From: Lama glama
Lineage: Eukaryota
Assembly (NCBI GenBank): GCA_028534125.1
Contig: CM052816.1
Coordinates: 77,564,001 to 77,628,000 of the forward strand
Length of the DNA stretch: 64,000 nucleotides
Reading direction: 5' to 3'
Shown here: positions 51,436 through 63,782 of the stretch, one piece after another
Layout: every line of letters begins with the position of its first letter
How positions within the stretch are numbered: position 1 is the first letter of the stretch
Notes under the pieces: generated by a model
What the model saw: only the letters and a program-made list of their open reading frames with translations
Databases searched by the model: none
Told to the model about the DNA's origin: nothing
Made by a program: the position numbers and the translations under genes

Positions 51436-51855
51436 TGTCAAAGAGGGAATAAAAGGACATTGCAGCCCTCAGCCACTGCCGCTGCCCCCAAGGGTGCCCC
51501 CGAGGGGGCTCAGGATGAAAAAGAACAGGATACCGGCCCTAGATAGCTAGGTGTGTATTAAAGGAATGACTTCAGTGAACCTAGACTTTTATATCTTCCC
51601 ATAAATAGAAAAGCGTTGAATTCCTTAACTTGAGGCATCTGGTGTTTTTTAATTAACAGTAATCTTTTAATGTTCCAACTACCTGGTCTTTGTTGCAAAA
51701 ACTCCTGTATATCCTGGCTCCTCCCCTGCCTCTTTGGAGCAGCTCCTTAGAGGTGATCTGAGAGGCTGCCTCTCAGGCTTGAAGTCCTCAGGAAGTTGGC
51801 CGAATAAGACATATAACTCTCAACTTTTAGGTTGTGCTTTTTTTTTCAGTCAACA
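51436..51855 (+). mobile_element. ERV1-type solo LTR
   Basis: TG...CA termini (TGTCAAAG...GTCAACA), about 420 bp, U5 end AACTCTCAACTTTTAGGTTGTGC. Confidence 0.75.
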
Positions 51856-53889
51856 ATTCTCTTACCTAAACTCTAGAGTCCTTGTTAATTTCTACTCCCC
51901 AGGTCCTGCCACGACCTGATCACACTTAAAACAACCTACAGTAATTCCTCAAGATCGTTTGTCTTCTGCTTACCCCCATGCAGACTTCAGTAGGATTTAC
52001 AGTTATTAATAATTGTGCAACTAGTAGCTAAGTTTTATCAAGTGATTATAATTTGCCATGCACATGTAGTAACTCACTTAATGATGACAATATCTCTATG
52101 AGGTAAATAATATTATTATCCTTATTTTGGAGAATCACCCACCACCCCTGCATCTTTCAAGTAGCACTAATTTATATGAATACCTTCCTCCCCCAACCCA
52201 GGAATGCTGTATTACTTTTTTTGTTTTTCATTTTGGTGGGGCTCTTTGGGTCTTCTTTGCATCCTTCCTCCCATGAAATACCTTACTCCACAGGTAGGGA
52301 TTCTTCTAACTGTTAAAATATTGACTTTTAACTATATACCAGGATACGCTTGGGGTCTCACTAAGCTGCATTTGAGGTAGATTTGGACAAAATATCAGTC
52401 ATCATTTGGCCTCCATAAATCCCCTCTGTAATCACTAAAAGTATGTTAGCTTCGAGTCAGTGTCAAAATATGATCTTTCCCCAGTACCCAGCTACCCTGG
52501 CAAAGGGTCTTCAGGGATCCTTGGAAAACTGGAAGAGGAGTCACATTGTGCCCTTCCTGATGGTGGTACCCAGCTTCTCCACGTGAAGTTCTGCCTGTTG
52601 TTACTTTCTGCCAAGGTGGCTTAGCTCAAGTCAGACACGAGATCACAGGATCTGGAGGTTCGTTATTTCATTATGTTCAATGATTTTTATTGATAACTTT
52701 TCAATTAGGCATCACAACCTAAGAAAGAAGTTTTCAGTTTAGTTTATCGAAATACTTCAAGTTTTTCGCTGAGTCGGGTATCCTTTGCTCTCCCATCGGG
52801 GATCCAACACGACCGACTCAGCACATTGTCAGTGGACTGGGACACATACCCAAGCATAGTGTCTCTTTCACGCCTCTCCCAACAGGAGGGTCGTCCATTG
52901 TAAGCTGTCAGGAAGTTCTTTTTTCATCAATAGTAAAGAGACCTCTACAGTAAATCCTCTTACACTATAATTCTTTGAGATCTGGCGGGTTGAATCTGAA
53001 GGAAGTGACATCTTCCCAGGCCCAAGTCCTTGCTATGTATGAGGAGCATGACTCCATTCCAAACAGGTGAAGTGCGAATCAGCAGGACATGGTACCACTT
53101 CAGTGTTTATAGGTCTCCAGTCTCAACTTCCACTAGCAAATCCAGCCCACATGAACTCTTCAGAGATGGCGGGTCTCCTCTCTTATTTCCCAAGGCCTTG
53201 GTGAAGAGCATGGGAACTGGGTCTTCTCCAGAAACACAGAGGATAGGTGCTGGTCACACATGCCAAAGCCAGTCCGCCAGTCCCATGTCTCCAGGCCCTT
53301 TGTATTCTTTTTCTACATCGAACTAAGAAATGTATCTCATCTTGATGTTGTTTAGTGGCTTCAGTCTATTAACCAAGCTAACAACCAGGATCAGTTCCAG
53401 ATGTCTGAACTAAAGTTACAGGCTAAAATTATGCCCTTCCCTCCTTGGTCAGACAAGCTGAGAATACATTCTTTTGTGATTCTTCACATTTTTGCTGATA
53501 AAATTAGACGAATGCCACATTTTTTAAAGTGGGGGGAGAGCAGTATAAACGTTTATCTAGACTGGTCTTTATATGCACAACCCAAGGACATTGCTACTCC
53601 TGGGAGTGGGAGCACTTCATCTCTTGTTGGTTTTCTTAACCTCCTTAACCCTGCCCCTACCTCTGTAAGTAGTCTCTTCATTAAGATCTTTTCAGATTAA
53701 GCTGTCAGGTGTTTCATCTGATACCATGTAGCGTCCTCAGAATTCAGAACCCTAGGAAGGGTTTCAGACTGCCCGAGCCTTGGCCATTCATTTGCCTACG
53801 TCCCAGGATCCACAGGGTGGGAAGAACTGTGTCCTCGCACTCCTGCGTGAAGAGAGCCCTGCATCACACCAGGTCATGGAGATTTCCCC

Positions 53890-54880
53890 CAACAGGAGAG
53901 ACATTACAATAATCAGTAATTTTTAAAAAGACAATCATCTACTCTATTGTGGAACTGGCAAGAAGTTCTGCTTGGACAGAAAGGAGGGTATGTGGGGTGT
54001 GGGAGCCACTGACAGTCTTGAGTAGGGAAATCACATGATGTGATTTGTGCTTCATTGGGCAGAAGAGTGAAAATAAATCACTGGAAGGAGAGCATTTAAC
54101 TTCGTCTTTTGGACTGTAAGCTTCGTGAGGAGAGGGCTCTGTGAAATTGTTAAATGCTTCTCTTCCTAGTGATCAACCTAGTGCCTGGCAAATAGTGGGT
54201 ATTCAATTCATACTTGTGACTGAGAGCAAAGGAGCAAGGACTAACTAGGAGGCTATTAAGTTAGCCCTGGTAAGGAACAAGCAGGCCTGAATGGAAGGAA
54301 AGAGAAATAACATACACTGAGCATCCACCGCATGCCAGACATTTAACCTATATTATCCCTTTGAACTCACGATCAGTCTTCCATCTCACAGGTGCGGCTT
54401 GAATGAATTAAGTAAAAAGTCCACATTCATACATGTAATAAACAACAGAGCTGGAATTTGAACCCATGTCTGACTCTGAAACTGTAACTACATCATGCCA
54501 TCAAGGGTGGTGAGGGTGGGCAGCAGTAAGAAGAGGACAGATGTAAGAGATACTGGCAAGTGACTCAGTCCACTGGGTGGGACAGGAGCAAGCGGCAAAG
54601 TCCAGGAGTTTCAGGTTTTGGCTTAGAATCACAGGAAGAGTGATGACGCTGGTAAAAGAAATCGAGACGTCAAAGGAAGCACTTCCAGGGACAAGATGTG
54701 TGGGTCCACTTTAGACATGCTGAGTGGGGGTCCTGGGGAACAACAACTGGATGGAACTTGCCATTGGGCAGTCGGATGCAAGTTGGGACCCCAGGACAGA
54801 GGCAGCAGTAAGGAAATGGATTGGCAAGAGGCTCGTATCAAGACGATGACTTGAAGGTGTAGGCAGGGATGAGAAAGATT
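53890..54880. mobile_element. Cluster of L2 fragments with a nested MIR
   Basis: GGGAGCCACTGA; GACTGTAAGCTTCGTGAGG...GTGCCTGGCA; GGAATTTGAACCCATGTCTGACTC. Confidence 0.65.
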
Positions 54881-55790
54881 ACCTAGTGTCTTATGTCCTG
54901 TGCATTCAGAACTTGCTTGATCTTCTCAAGGAGGGAAACTTTAAATAGTCAAGTTAAGAGCGGCCAACACCGATGATTCTTCATCTGGGGGCTGAAAACC
55001 CAACCTCCGGAAGCCACGCCTCCTCAGGTACCCCACCTGTCACTTGGGGCTTCATTTGGGAAATTCCAGGGCATGACCTCCAGGATCAGGCATTTGGGCT
55101 GGGATCCTTCTTTCCCTCCCTCTCCCCCTCCCCATGAAGACTTACTGGGTCACCTAGTCTGAGGGGTCCTCTCGGCTGGGGCTTAATAAGAAGCCAGGTT
55201 ACCCCCGGAGAGTAGTTGCTAATGAAACCCTACTTCCCAGGCCAAGCTGTCCAATTACCACCGCGTCGGATACCACCACCTTCCTCTTTCTACTTCAAAC
55301 CAAAAAATGACCTCAGATTTCTATTTGAACACAGATAATCCAAAACGGCTGAACTTGAAAAATAAGAAACTTCTTGCATGCAATGTTCTATAGTGGAAGA
55401 ACCCCCTGACTAATTAAGGCAAGCGTTTCACCCTAACTTAGTTATAAATGATTGAAAATGTGTTTTTGTGTCTGTTTAGGATGACATTTCATGGGCATCC
55501 ACATTCCATCACAATTTCCATGACAATAAACACATAGACTTGTTTTTTGATAGTTGCATAGTTGTGGTTTTCTGCTTATTTTCACAGAGGTGGAGAGCTG
55601 TCTGTGTGCTTTTTGTTCTCCCTTCTTTTTTTTTTTTAGAGGGAAAAAACAAATGTAAAACACACCAATCCAGAGGGAAAGAAACAGTCAATATGACACT
55701 GCCGCACGTAAGTTGCACGTTTATTTGCCAGTTCATTCTGAATTCTGTGAAGCGCTTTGCCGGCGGGTTTGGCTGGGTGCACTCAGAGTG

Positions 55791-55823
55791 GCAGTGCTCA
55801 CTAATGACCACCAGAGGGCAGCC
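55791..55823 (+). promoter_or_regulatory. CTCF motif (forward) with upstream module
   Basis: GCAGTGCTC-ACTAA-TGACCACCAGAGGGCAGC: core CCACCAGAGGGCAG plus a GCAGT-type upstream module at typical spacing. A second weaker core, CCTCTAGAAGGCGC, lies at 55838-55851. Confidence 0.72.
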
Positions 55824-55964
55824 ACGGCCTCCTAATACCTCTAGAAGGCGCGCTCTCCTTCCATAAAGTGAGCATCCGGGAGAGAATGGCTCTTGCAGTC
55901 TATAACTTCAAGCACCTCTCTCAACTACTGTACAAATAACTACCACGATGGAAAACGATCTGCA

Positions 55965-56200
55965 TGTGCTCTGCAGTTAAACTGCCTGGGTTAAATCCCA
56001 GCTGTGCCACTTACTCGCCGTGTGACCTTGGACAATTTACTTCATCTCTCTGGGCCTGTTTCCTCATTTCTAAGAGGAGACTATTGATAATCCCTATTTC
56101 CTTAGCTTGCTGTGAACATTTAATGAGCTGGCATTTGTTATGTATTCAGAGCCTGGTACGTGGTAAGCTATCATATTTACTGTTATTACTACGAATACTA
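55965..56200 (+). mobile_element. MIR SINE
   Basis: CTGCCTGGGTTAAATCCCAGCTGTGCCACTTACT...GTGTGACCTTGG. Confidence 0.88.
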
Positions 56201-56899
56201 CAATAAACCCTTTTTAATGTCCCAACTGAAGTGTCCAGGGAGAAGGGACATGACTCAGGCCATACGAGGAATCTCTGGATGATGGAGAAGGGGCATCGAA
56301 GATGTCTGCAATCTGGTAGGAGAGCAGGAAAACGGTTCCAAGGGAGGGTGGGAGCCGCAAAGCCTGACCTAAGTCTGCTCTTCCTTAAAGGCAGAATGAC
56401 AGACCCAAGCATGGGCTAAGGGAAGGTCAGCAGGTGTCAAGCACAGGAAAGGCTGGAGGCAAGTGAAGAGCTGTGCCTCCCAGCAGCAGTCAAGCCCGGT
56501 GCAATTACTGCAGCCAGGGGAGGTCGTCCTGTGGTGCCTGCCAAGGTGCCTGCAGCCTGGGGCACTGCTCCTCCCAGTCTGGGTGAAGGACAAAGGCAGG
56601 ACACCAGCGCTGAAAGAGAGACCTTGGGGTTATTTTACAAAACCAGTGTGGCAGAGGTCAAGGAAACAGGTGGGTGTTCCAGCGGCCTTTAGCAAAAGCG
56701 TTCCTGAGATGGAAGTGAGCGCTGCCCTGCCCACGGAGGGGAGGGGGGGAATCCCGGGCAGAAGGCGCATGTACTCTTCTGGAGCTGTTTCTGGAGCCTC
56801 TGGGACGTGATCTGGAGGTGAGTTCTGGGTGAGCTCCTTGAGGGCAGGGGCCCTCTTGAATCCAGCCTTGTAGAGCAGCAACTGGGCCTGCCATAGGGC

Positions 56900-57239
56900 T
56901 GTGAACAGATACGCCAGATCTCTCGCTTTCTGACACGTAGTAGGATAGCACTTCCCCACCTGCTTGAAGCCCATGTGGCTGTGTGACTTGGGCTAAGGCA
57001 CTAGAAGCAGAAGCTTTAAGAGCCAATGTAGTTCTTTTTCCCTCTGACTCAGCAGTTGATGGCTATTCCGTCAACCTGTGTCCCACTGTGAGTACGATGA
57101 TGAGAGTACCTTTTAGGCAGACGCGTGGTACACCTGTAGCGGGAGTAAGAAATCAGTCTTTGTTGCTTTAAGCCATAGAATATTGTGGTTGTTGGCTATT
57201 TGTTACTGCAGCGTAACCCAGCCTAGCCTGACTGAGACA
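56900..57239 (+). mobile_element. MLT1J-type LTR
   Basis: GCAGAAGCTTTAAGAGCCA...TTTGTTACTGCAGCGTAACCCAGCCTAGCCTGACTGAGACA. Confidence 0.8.
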
Positions 57240-58169
57240 CCAGCTAACTCTCCTTTGTCTCACCCTCTGCCATAGACATGTGCCTTTTTCACATTGCACC
57301 TCATGATCTGATCCTCTGGCAAGAGCTATGAAGCAGATCTGTTAACCCAATTTGACAAATAGTGAAACTGGGTTTCAGGAAGCTCACATATTATTTGGGG
57401 TCCCAGAGCAAAGCAATAGAGCTGGGAATCCAACTCAGGCCCCCAGACTCCCTAGACATCCCTAGGGTGATGCTGACACCTTACAAACGTGTCCATGGAC
57501 TTGGTGATACTGGCCAGCACAACCGCACTCATCATCATCACCATGCTTTCAGAGAACGACTCCTTTCCTTGGTGTCCTGAACATATGTGTACAGCATCGC
57601 TATACATGAAGAGGAAAATTGGCAAGAAAAGATGCATGCAGTCTTACAGAGAGGACAGACCTCAGACAACACGGCCTCGGGTGGGCTGTCTTACTGTTAT
57701 CAATAACCTAACATGGATTATAGTGTTGCTGAAAACCGGCTTCTGTAATACTGCTTCCCTCCCCACCAAGTCCCTAAGCACCATCATCCTGACGCCAGAT
57801 TCTCGTATTCTTTGTACTAAATTCTCCTCCAAATACAGGGATCTGGTCAAGTGCCTCATTCCCTTGGGATCCTTTTTCTTCTGGGAAACTGGCAAACTGC
57901 TCCAGCCAACTCACGAGAGGGCCAGGGCTGTGCTGTTGTTCCTGCAGCTCACATCTATATTTTAACCTGGCTCTCTGCAGGCTGTTCCAGCAGTGGGATT
58001 TCAGGGCAACACTGAGGGCTGGTCTGGGAGGTAGCTCTGCACTGGCCACCTCTTCATTACACCTCAAATTACATCCTGTAATTGGCAGCCGATTCCACTC
58101 AGCCTAAGACGGCTTTCTGCCTCCATCCATCCTTTGCTGCTGACTTTGAAAGGGATCAAAAGAGCCCTG

Positions 58170-58370
58170 TGTATTTTCCTAATCTCCCTAATCCTCGTAA
58201 CTATCCCTGTGAGGATGCAGGTATCATCACCACCACTTTTCAGATGAAACGAAGGCCCACAACGTTTTAGCGACAGGCCCAAGGTCACCCCCACGAGCTG
58301 GTGGCAGAGATGGGAATAGAACTCAGACCGGCAGACCTGCCGGGGCCATCAGTCTCCATTAGACCCTGCT
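58170..58370 (-). mobile_element. MIR SINE
   Basis: AATCCTCGTAACTATCCCTGTGAGG...CAGATGAAAC...CCCAAGGTCAC. Confidence 0.75.
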
Positions 58371-58958
58371 GTCTCGCTGCATTCCCCCTGCCGTTTTAAT
58401 TGAATATCATGTTCTTCTTCACTTCCTGCCCTAAACAGAGCAACAGCTGCCACTTTACCCTCCTGAGCCGGCTGGCGGTACTTCAGTGGTGGGTGAAGTT
58501 ATCCTGGGATATAAAGTGGGTGAAGCGTTTCAGGATAAAAGGCCCCATCAAAACGGAAGATATTCGCGAAGATATAAAAGGGGTGTTCCGACTTTACTGC
58601 TTTCCCTGACTTTCAAATGACGTCGTGTCGGGCACCAGGCTAAGAGGGAAAGCTGCGTGGGAGGGTGAGTACGGGGGTCAGAAGGAGGGGATCTAATGGA
58701 GGAAAAAAGAAAAAAGGATGTGTGTAATTGGATGAAAACTTCTTGGGAAAAAAAAAAGGAGCAATGTTGTTGGTGAGAAGCCCGACGTATGGCATTGCTG
58801 GGCTGTCCCGGGTTTATCTTTTTCTCATGTACGTTGCCATAGGGTTTCAGGAGGATTAAAATCTCCAAGAAGACTAAGATTCACTTTACCCTGTTCTGTC
58901 TCCTGTACAGTGCCTACAGCAGTGGGGCTAGAGCTTTGGGGTCTATTAGGAGGACCGA

Positions 58959-58975
58959 GGCCACTAGGGGGAAGG
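58959..58975 (+). promoter_or_regulatory. CTCF motif (forward)
   Basis: GGCCACTAGGGGGAAGG. Confidence 0.5.
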
Positions 58976-59199
58976 CATGGGTTTCCCGCCCTGTCCTGGG
59001 AGACTTTGGCTTAGGGACATTTGTGATTGACTCAGAGAGGACACTTAGGGAGGGCTGATCAATGGCCAGCATTATGCCCCTGTCCCTCATTCACACTTTG
59101 AAAGGAGGAGGCCGGCCAGGGAGGGGGCTTTCTGTCAGCTCCACCCTCAGAGCGTTTGCAGAGGCCTGTCTGCAGGTGGAGCGAGCCTCCTGATTACAC

Positions 59200-59920
59200 T
59201 TCAGTGCACCAAGGACTCAGGAGGAGCGGGGAATCTCGCCCTTGGAAATCTGAGCGGTTTGGTCCAGGCCAGGAGGAAATTGAGAAACTTCCCAACCAAA
59301 ACGTTTACTTCCCGAAGAGATAAAAAGCAGCTCAGGGTCATAAATCCGTGCCAACATCAGGACCCAGAGGTCAGGCTGGAGGCCTGGACGGGGATCAGCG
59401 TGCCCGCCCCAGGGTGAGGAACGCAAGGCGGGAGATCCAGGCCGGCAGGGCGCAGGGATCCCCAAAAACTCTTGGGCCCTGGGCCACCAGCAGACGCCCC
59501 CCAGAGGAGGCGGGGGCTTGGGGGTCCACACTGCTTATACGCGGGGGCAGCAGGCTCCTGGAGAAGCCGGCACTCGGGGACCCCGTGCGCTGCTGCCTCT
59601 CTGTGTCTTGTGGCGCGCATGGCATCCTTCCCGGAAGCCAGCTTAGGCAAGTTCACCGAAAGGAAGCGAACCATCAGGGAAGACTGGCAGCTCTGGGTTC
59701 CTAAACGGAGAACCTGAGCTGAACCAGGCCAGCTGACCAGGTGCCCAGCCTCAATCCCCAGAGTGGGGGACTGTCTGTCCAACTGATCCCCGTTTTGGGC
59801 AAGTGGGGCCCTGAGAAAGCAGCCCTCATTACCCCCAGGAACCTCTGGCGTGTTCAGGAAACCATGACTTAGGGCTGCCACGGCGCAGATTGAATTATGA
59901 CTCGGGACGCCGTTGGCTGT
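59200..59920. promoter_or_regulatory. Orphan CpG-rich island (candidate enhancer or lncRNA promoter)
   Basis: GC- and CpG-rich, no recognisable repeat; STAT motif TTCCCGGAA at 59628-59636 and a GC-box-like GAGGCGGGGG. Confidence 0.6.
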
Positions 59921-60402
59921 TAACTTCCCTTTGCAGGGGCTGCTTATTTTTAACACGCCCACATCCCGTTCATGGGAGTGTTTCCCATGCTCCCTCTCAC
60001 CTTTGGGGCTCAGTCACCTCAAATTATGAAAATTTGCAGAAAGTCGTCCTTAGAATCAAGGAAATGCTTTATACTTTTCTCATGGAGGCTAGTGGCGAGG
60101 AGGTCATTTCCAAGGGCAAAAGGTACTCCTGGAAAACTTCTCTACTTCTACATTTTAATCACTCTCCACTGCTAGAGAATAAGGCAGACAATTGTCCTCC
60201 GAGGTGAGGGAGAGGGTGGAGAAGTTTTAAATAAAGTTAACCTTAAAATAAAGCCTTGTTCCCCTCAAGGATGGCATTGTAATATTAAATAGGCCCTTTA
60301 ACCTTTCGAGGCCTTGCATTTTTCTCTCTATAATATAGCTGTCATTTCATCCAGTAAGCAAATCGTGAATCTTAACTGTCTCTGAAGGGCCTTGAGCTCC
60401 AC

Positions 60403-60612
60403 AATTGAAAGGGACCTAATTAAACTTACAAGCTTCTGCACAGCAAAGGAAACCATAAGTAAAACAAAACGACAACCTATGGAATGGGAGAAAATTTTTG
60501 CAAATGATGAAACCGACAAAGGCTTGATCTCCAGAATATATAAGCAGCTCACACGACTTAATAAGAAAAAAACCAACAAACAATCCAAAAATGGGCAGAA
60601 GACCTAAAAAAG
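60403..60612 (+). mobile_element. Isolated internal L1 ORF2 fragment (young-looking)
   Basis: Encodes [46 protein letters not shown], an L1 ORF2p segment; no 3' UTR or tail. Confidence 0.92.
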
Positions 60613-60930
60613 CGGAGGCGATACTAATGTGCAATCGCCTGCAGTAAAACGAGGAACTCCATTACAGAAGCTTGATGGGCGACCCTCACAAAGACAGAAG
60701 GCAATGTATAAAGTAGAGACATCACTGTTCAACAAAGAGTGGATTCTCCCATGCCTCTGAAATGGTGTGCTACAGATACAACAGAAATCAGGACAAGGAG
60801 AGAGGGCAAGGGGTAGAAAAAAGGCCAGTGATCCGGACTTGGCCAGCCCCAGTTCTAGCCCCGGCACTAAGTAGGTTTGTGATCTTGGGAAAGTCATTTC
60901 ATCATTCTGGCCCTTGCTTGCATCATGTTT

Positions 60931-63782
60931 TTGTTTTGTTTTGTTTTTTAGTTGTGATAACACCCCCCACACACACACAAACATAAATTTACCGTCTTAA
61001 TAATTTTTAAGTGCACAGTACAGCATTGCTAACTATACGACAGATTTCTAGGACATTTTCATCCTAGAATATTACTAAAACTCTATATCCACTGAAAAAC
61101 AACTTCTCATTTTCTCCTCCTCGGAACTTCTGGCAGCCACCATCTTACTTTCTGTTTCTATGAATTGGATTACTTTAGATGCTTCTTGTAAGTGGAATCA
61201 TGCAGTATTTGTCCTTTTGTGACTAGCTTATTTAGCTTAGTGTCCTCAAGTTTTATCTATGCTGTAGCCATGCCAGGATTTCCTTCTTTATTAAGGCTGA
61301 TTAATATTCCATTGCATATATATACACATTTTCTTTATCCATTCATCCATCAATAGACATTTAGGATGCTTCCAGATCTTGGCTATGGTGAATAATGTTG
61401 CTATGAATGTGGGTGTGCACCTATCTCTTCAGGATCCTATTTTCAATTCTTTTGGATATGTATCCAGACATAGTATTGCTGGATTACTTCTATTTTTAAT
61501 TTTTTGAGAAACCCTCATATTGTTTTTCATAATGGCTGTACCATTTTATAATCCCACCAACAGTGCACAAAAGTTCCAATTTCTTCACATCCAGCACTTG
61601 TTATTTTCTGAGGTTTTATTTTGTTTTGTTTGGATAGTGGCCATCTAAAAAGGTATCAGGTGATATCTCATGTTTTTATTTGCATTTTCCTGATGACTAG
61701 TGATACTGAGCATCTTGCGTATGCTTGTTGGCCATTTGCATATCTCCTTTAGAGAAATAACTGTTCAAGTCCTTTGCCAAGTTTTAACCAGGTTATTTGT
61801 TTTTTTGTTATTGGGTTGTAGGAATTCTTTGCTTATTCCGGAGATTAATCTCTTATTCAATATAAGGTTTGCAAATATTTTCTCCCGTTCTGTAGGTTGC
61901 TTTTTATTCTGTTAATTGTTTCCTTTGCTGTGCAGAAGTTTTAACATTTGATGTAGTCCCACTTGTCTGTTTTTGCTTTTGCTGTCTATGCATTTGGTAT
62001 TATATCCAAGAAATCACTGCTTATTCCAACATTGTGAAATCTTTCTGTGTGTTTTCTTCTAGGAGTTTTATAGTTTCAGCTCTTACATTTAGGTCGTTAT
62101 TTTTGTATACAGTGTAAGATAAAGATCTATCTTCATTCTTTTGCATGTGGATATTCCGTTTTCCCAACACCATTTATTGAAGAGACTATCTTTTTCCCAT
62201 TGTGTAGCCTTAATATCCTTGTCAAAGATCACTTGACCATAAACGTAAAGGTTTATTTTGGGGCTATTTAGTTCCACTGGTCTAAATGTCTGTTTTATGC
62301 CAGAACCATACTGTTTTGATTACTATAGCTTTGTAATATGTTTGAAATCAGAACACCTCCAGTTTTGTTCTTCTTTCTCAAGACTGTTTTGGCTATTTGG
62401 GATCCTTTGAGATGCTATATGAATTTTATGATTTTTTTTCTCTTTCTTCAAAAAATGCCATTGGGATTTTGATAGAGATCGCACTGAATCTATATATGGC
62501 TTTGGGTCATGTGGACATTTAAATGATATTAAGTTCCATTCCATGAACATGAGATCTCTTTCCATTTATTTGTGTCTTCTTTGATTTCTTTCACCAGTGT
62601 TTTATAGTTTTCAGTGTACAAATTTTAACTCCTTGGTTAACTTTATTCCAGAGTATTTTATTCTTTTCAATGCTATTGTAAATGGGATTGTTTTCTTAAT
62701 TTCCTTTTTGGACTGTTCACTACTAGTGCATTGAAATGCAACTGATTTTTGAGTGCTGGTTTTGCATGCTGCAACTTTGCTGAATTAGTGTATTAGTTCT
62801 AGCGGTTTCTTTTTTGTAGAATCTTTAGGGCCTTCTACATGTAAGATCATGTCATCTGTAAACAGATAATTTTACTTCTTCCTTTCCAATTTGAATGCCT
62901 TCTACTTCTTTTATCTTGCCTAACTGCTCTGGCTGAGACTTCCAGTACTATGTTGAATAAAAATGGTGAGGGTGGGCATCTCTGTCTTGTTTCTATCTTA
63001 GAGGAGAAGCTTTCATTTTTTTCACTTTTAAGTATGAGATTAGCTGTGTGCTTTTAATATATGACCTTTATTATGTCAAGTTAATTTCCCTCTATTCCTA
63101 CTCTGTTCAGTGTTTTTATCATAAAGTGATTTTAAGTTGTGTCAAGTGCTTTTTCTGCATCAATTGAAATTATCATGTGAATTTTGTCCTTTATTCTGTT
63201 AATGTGGTGTATTGCAATTCATTGATTTTTTTATGTTGATCCATCTTTAAATCCAAGGGATAGATCCTACTTGGTTATGGTATATAATCCTCTCACTGTG
63301 CTCTTGAATTTGGTTTGCTAATATTTTGTTGAGGATTTTTTGCATCAGTAATTCATCAGGGATATTGGTCTGCAGTTTTCTTTTCTTGTAGTATCTTTAT
63401 CTGGCTTTGGTATCAGAATAGCGGTGTCCTTATAAAAGGAGTTTGGAAGTGTTCTCTCTTCTTCAATTTTCTGGAAGAGTTTGAGGAGGACTGATGGTAA
63501 TTCTTCTTTAAATGTTTGGTAGAATTCTTGGTGAAGCCATCTCATCTGGGACTTTTCTTTGTTGAGAGGTTTTTGACTACTGATTCAATCTCCTTGGTAG
63601 CTATAGTTGTGTTCAGATTTTTTAATCTCTCCATGATTTATTCTTGGTAGTTTGTGTATTTCTAGGAATATGTCCTTGTAGGTTATCCAATTTGTTGGCA
63701 TATAATTGTTCATGGTAGCCTCATATTCCTTTTCTGTGCCATCAGTTGTAATCCTCTTCTACTTCTGCTTTTAGTTGTGTGT
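60931..63782 (-). mobile_element. ~2.85 kb 5'-truncated L1 (L1MA-type), degenerate ORF2 + 3' UTR, splitting a MIR
   Basis: ORF2 remnants ([10 protein letters not shown]...LPNSFY...[37 protein letters not shown]); perfect 10-bp TSD CATCATGTTT at 60921-60930 and 63783-63792; MIR halves at ~60800-60920 and ~63793-63848. Confidence 0.93.

Noticed and set aside
59217..59962. 201-aa and neighbouring ORFs in the distal CpG island
   Set aside because: No recognisable homology or exon structure; expected by chance in GC-rich DNA.
60931..63782. Active L1 or domesticated reverse transcriptase gene
   Set aside because: 5'-truncated with many stops and frameshifts.
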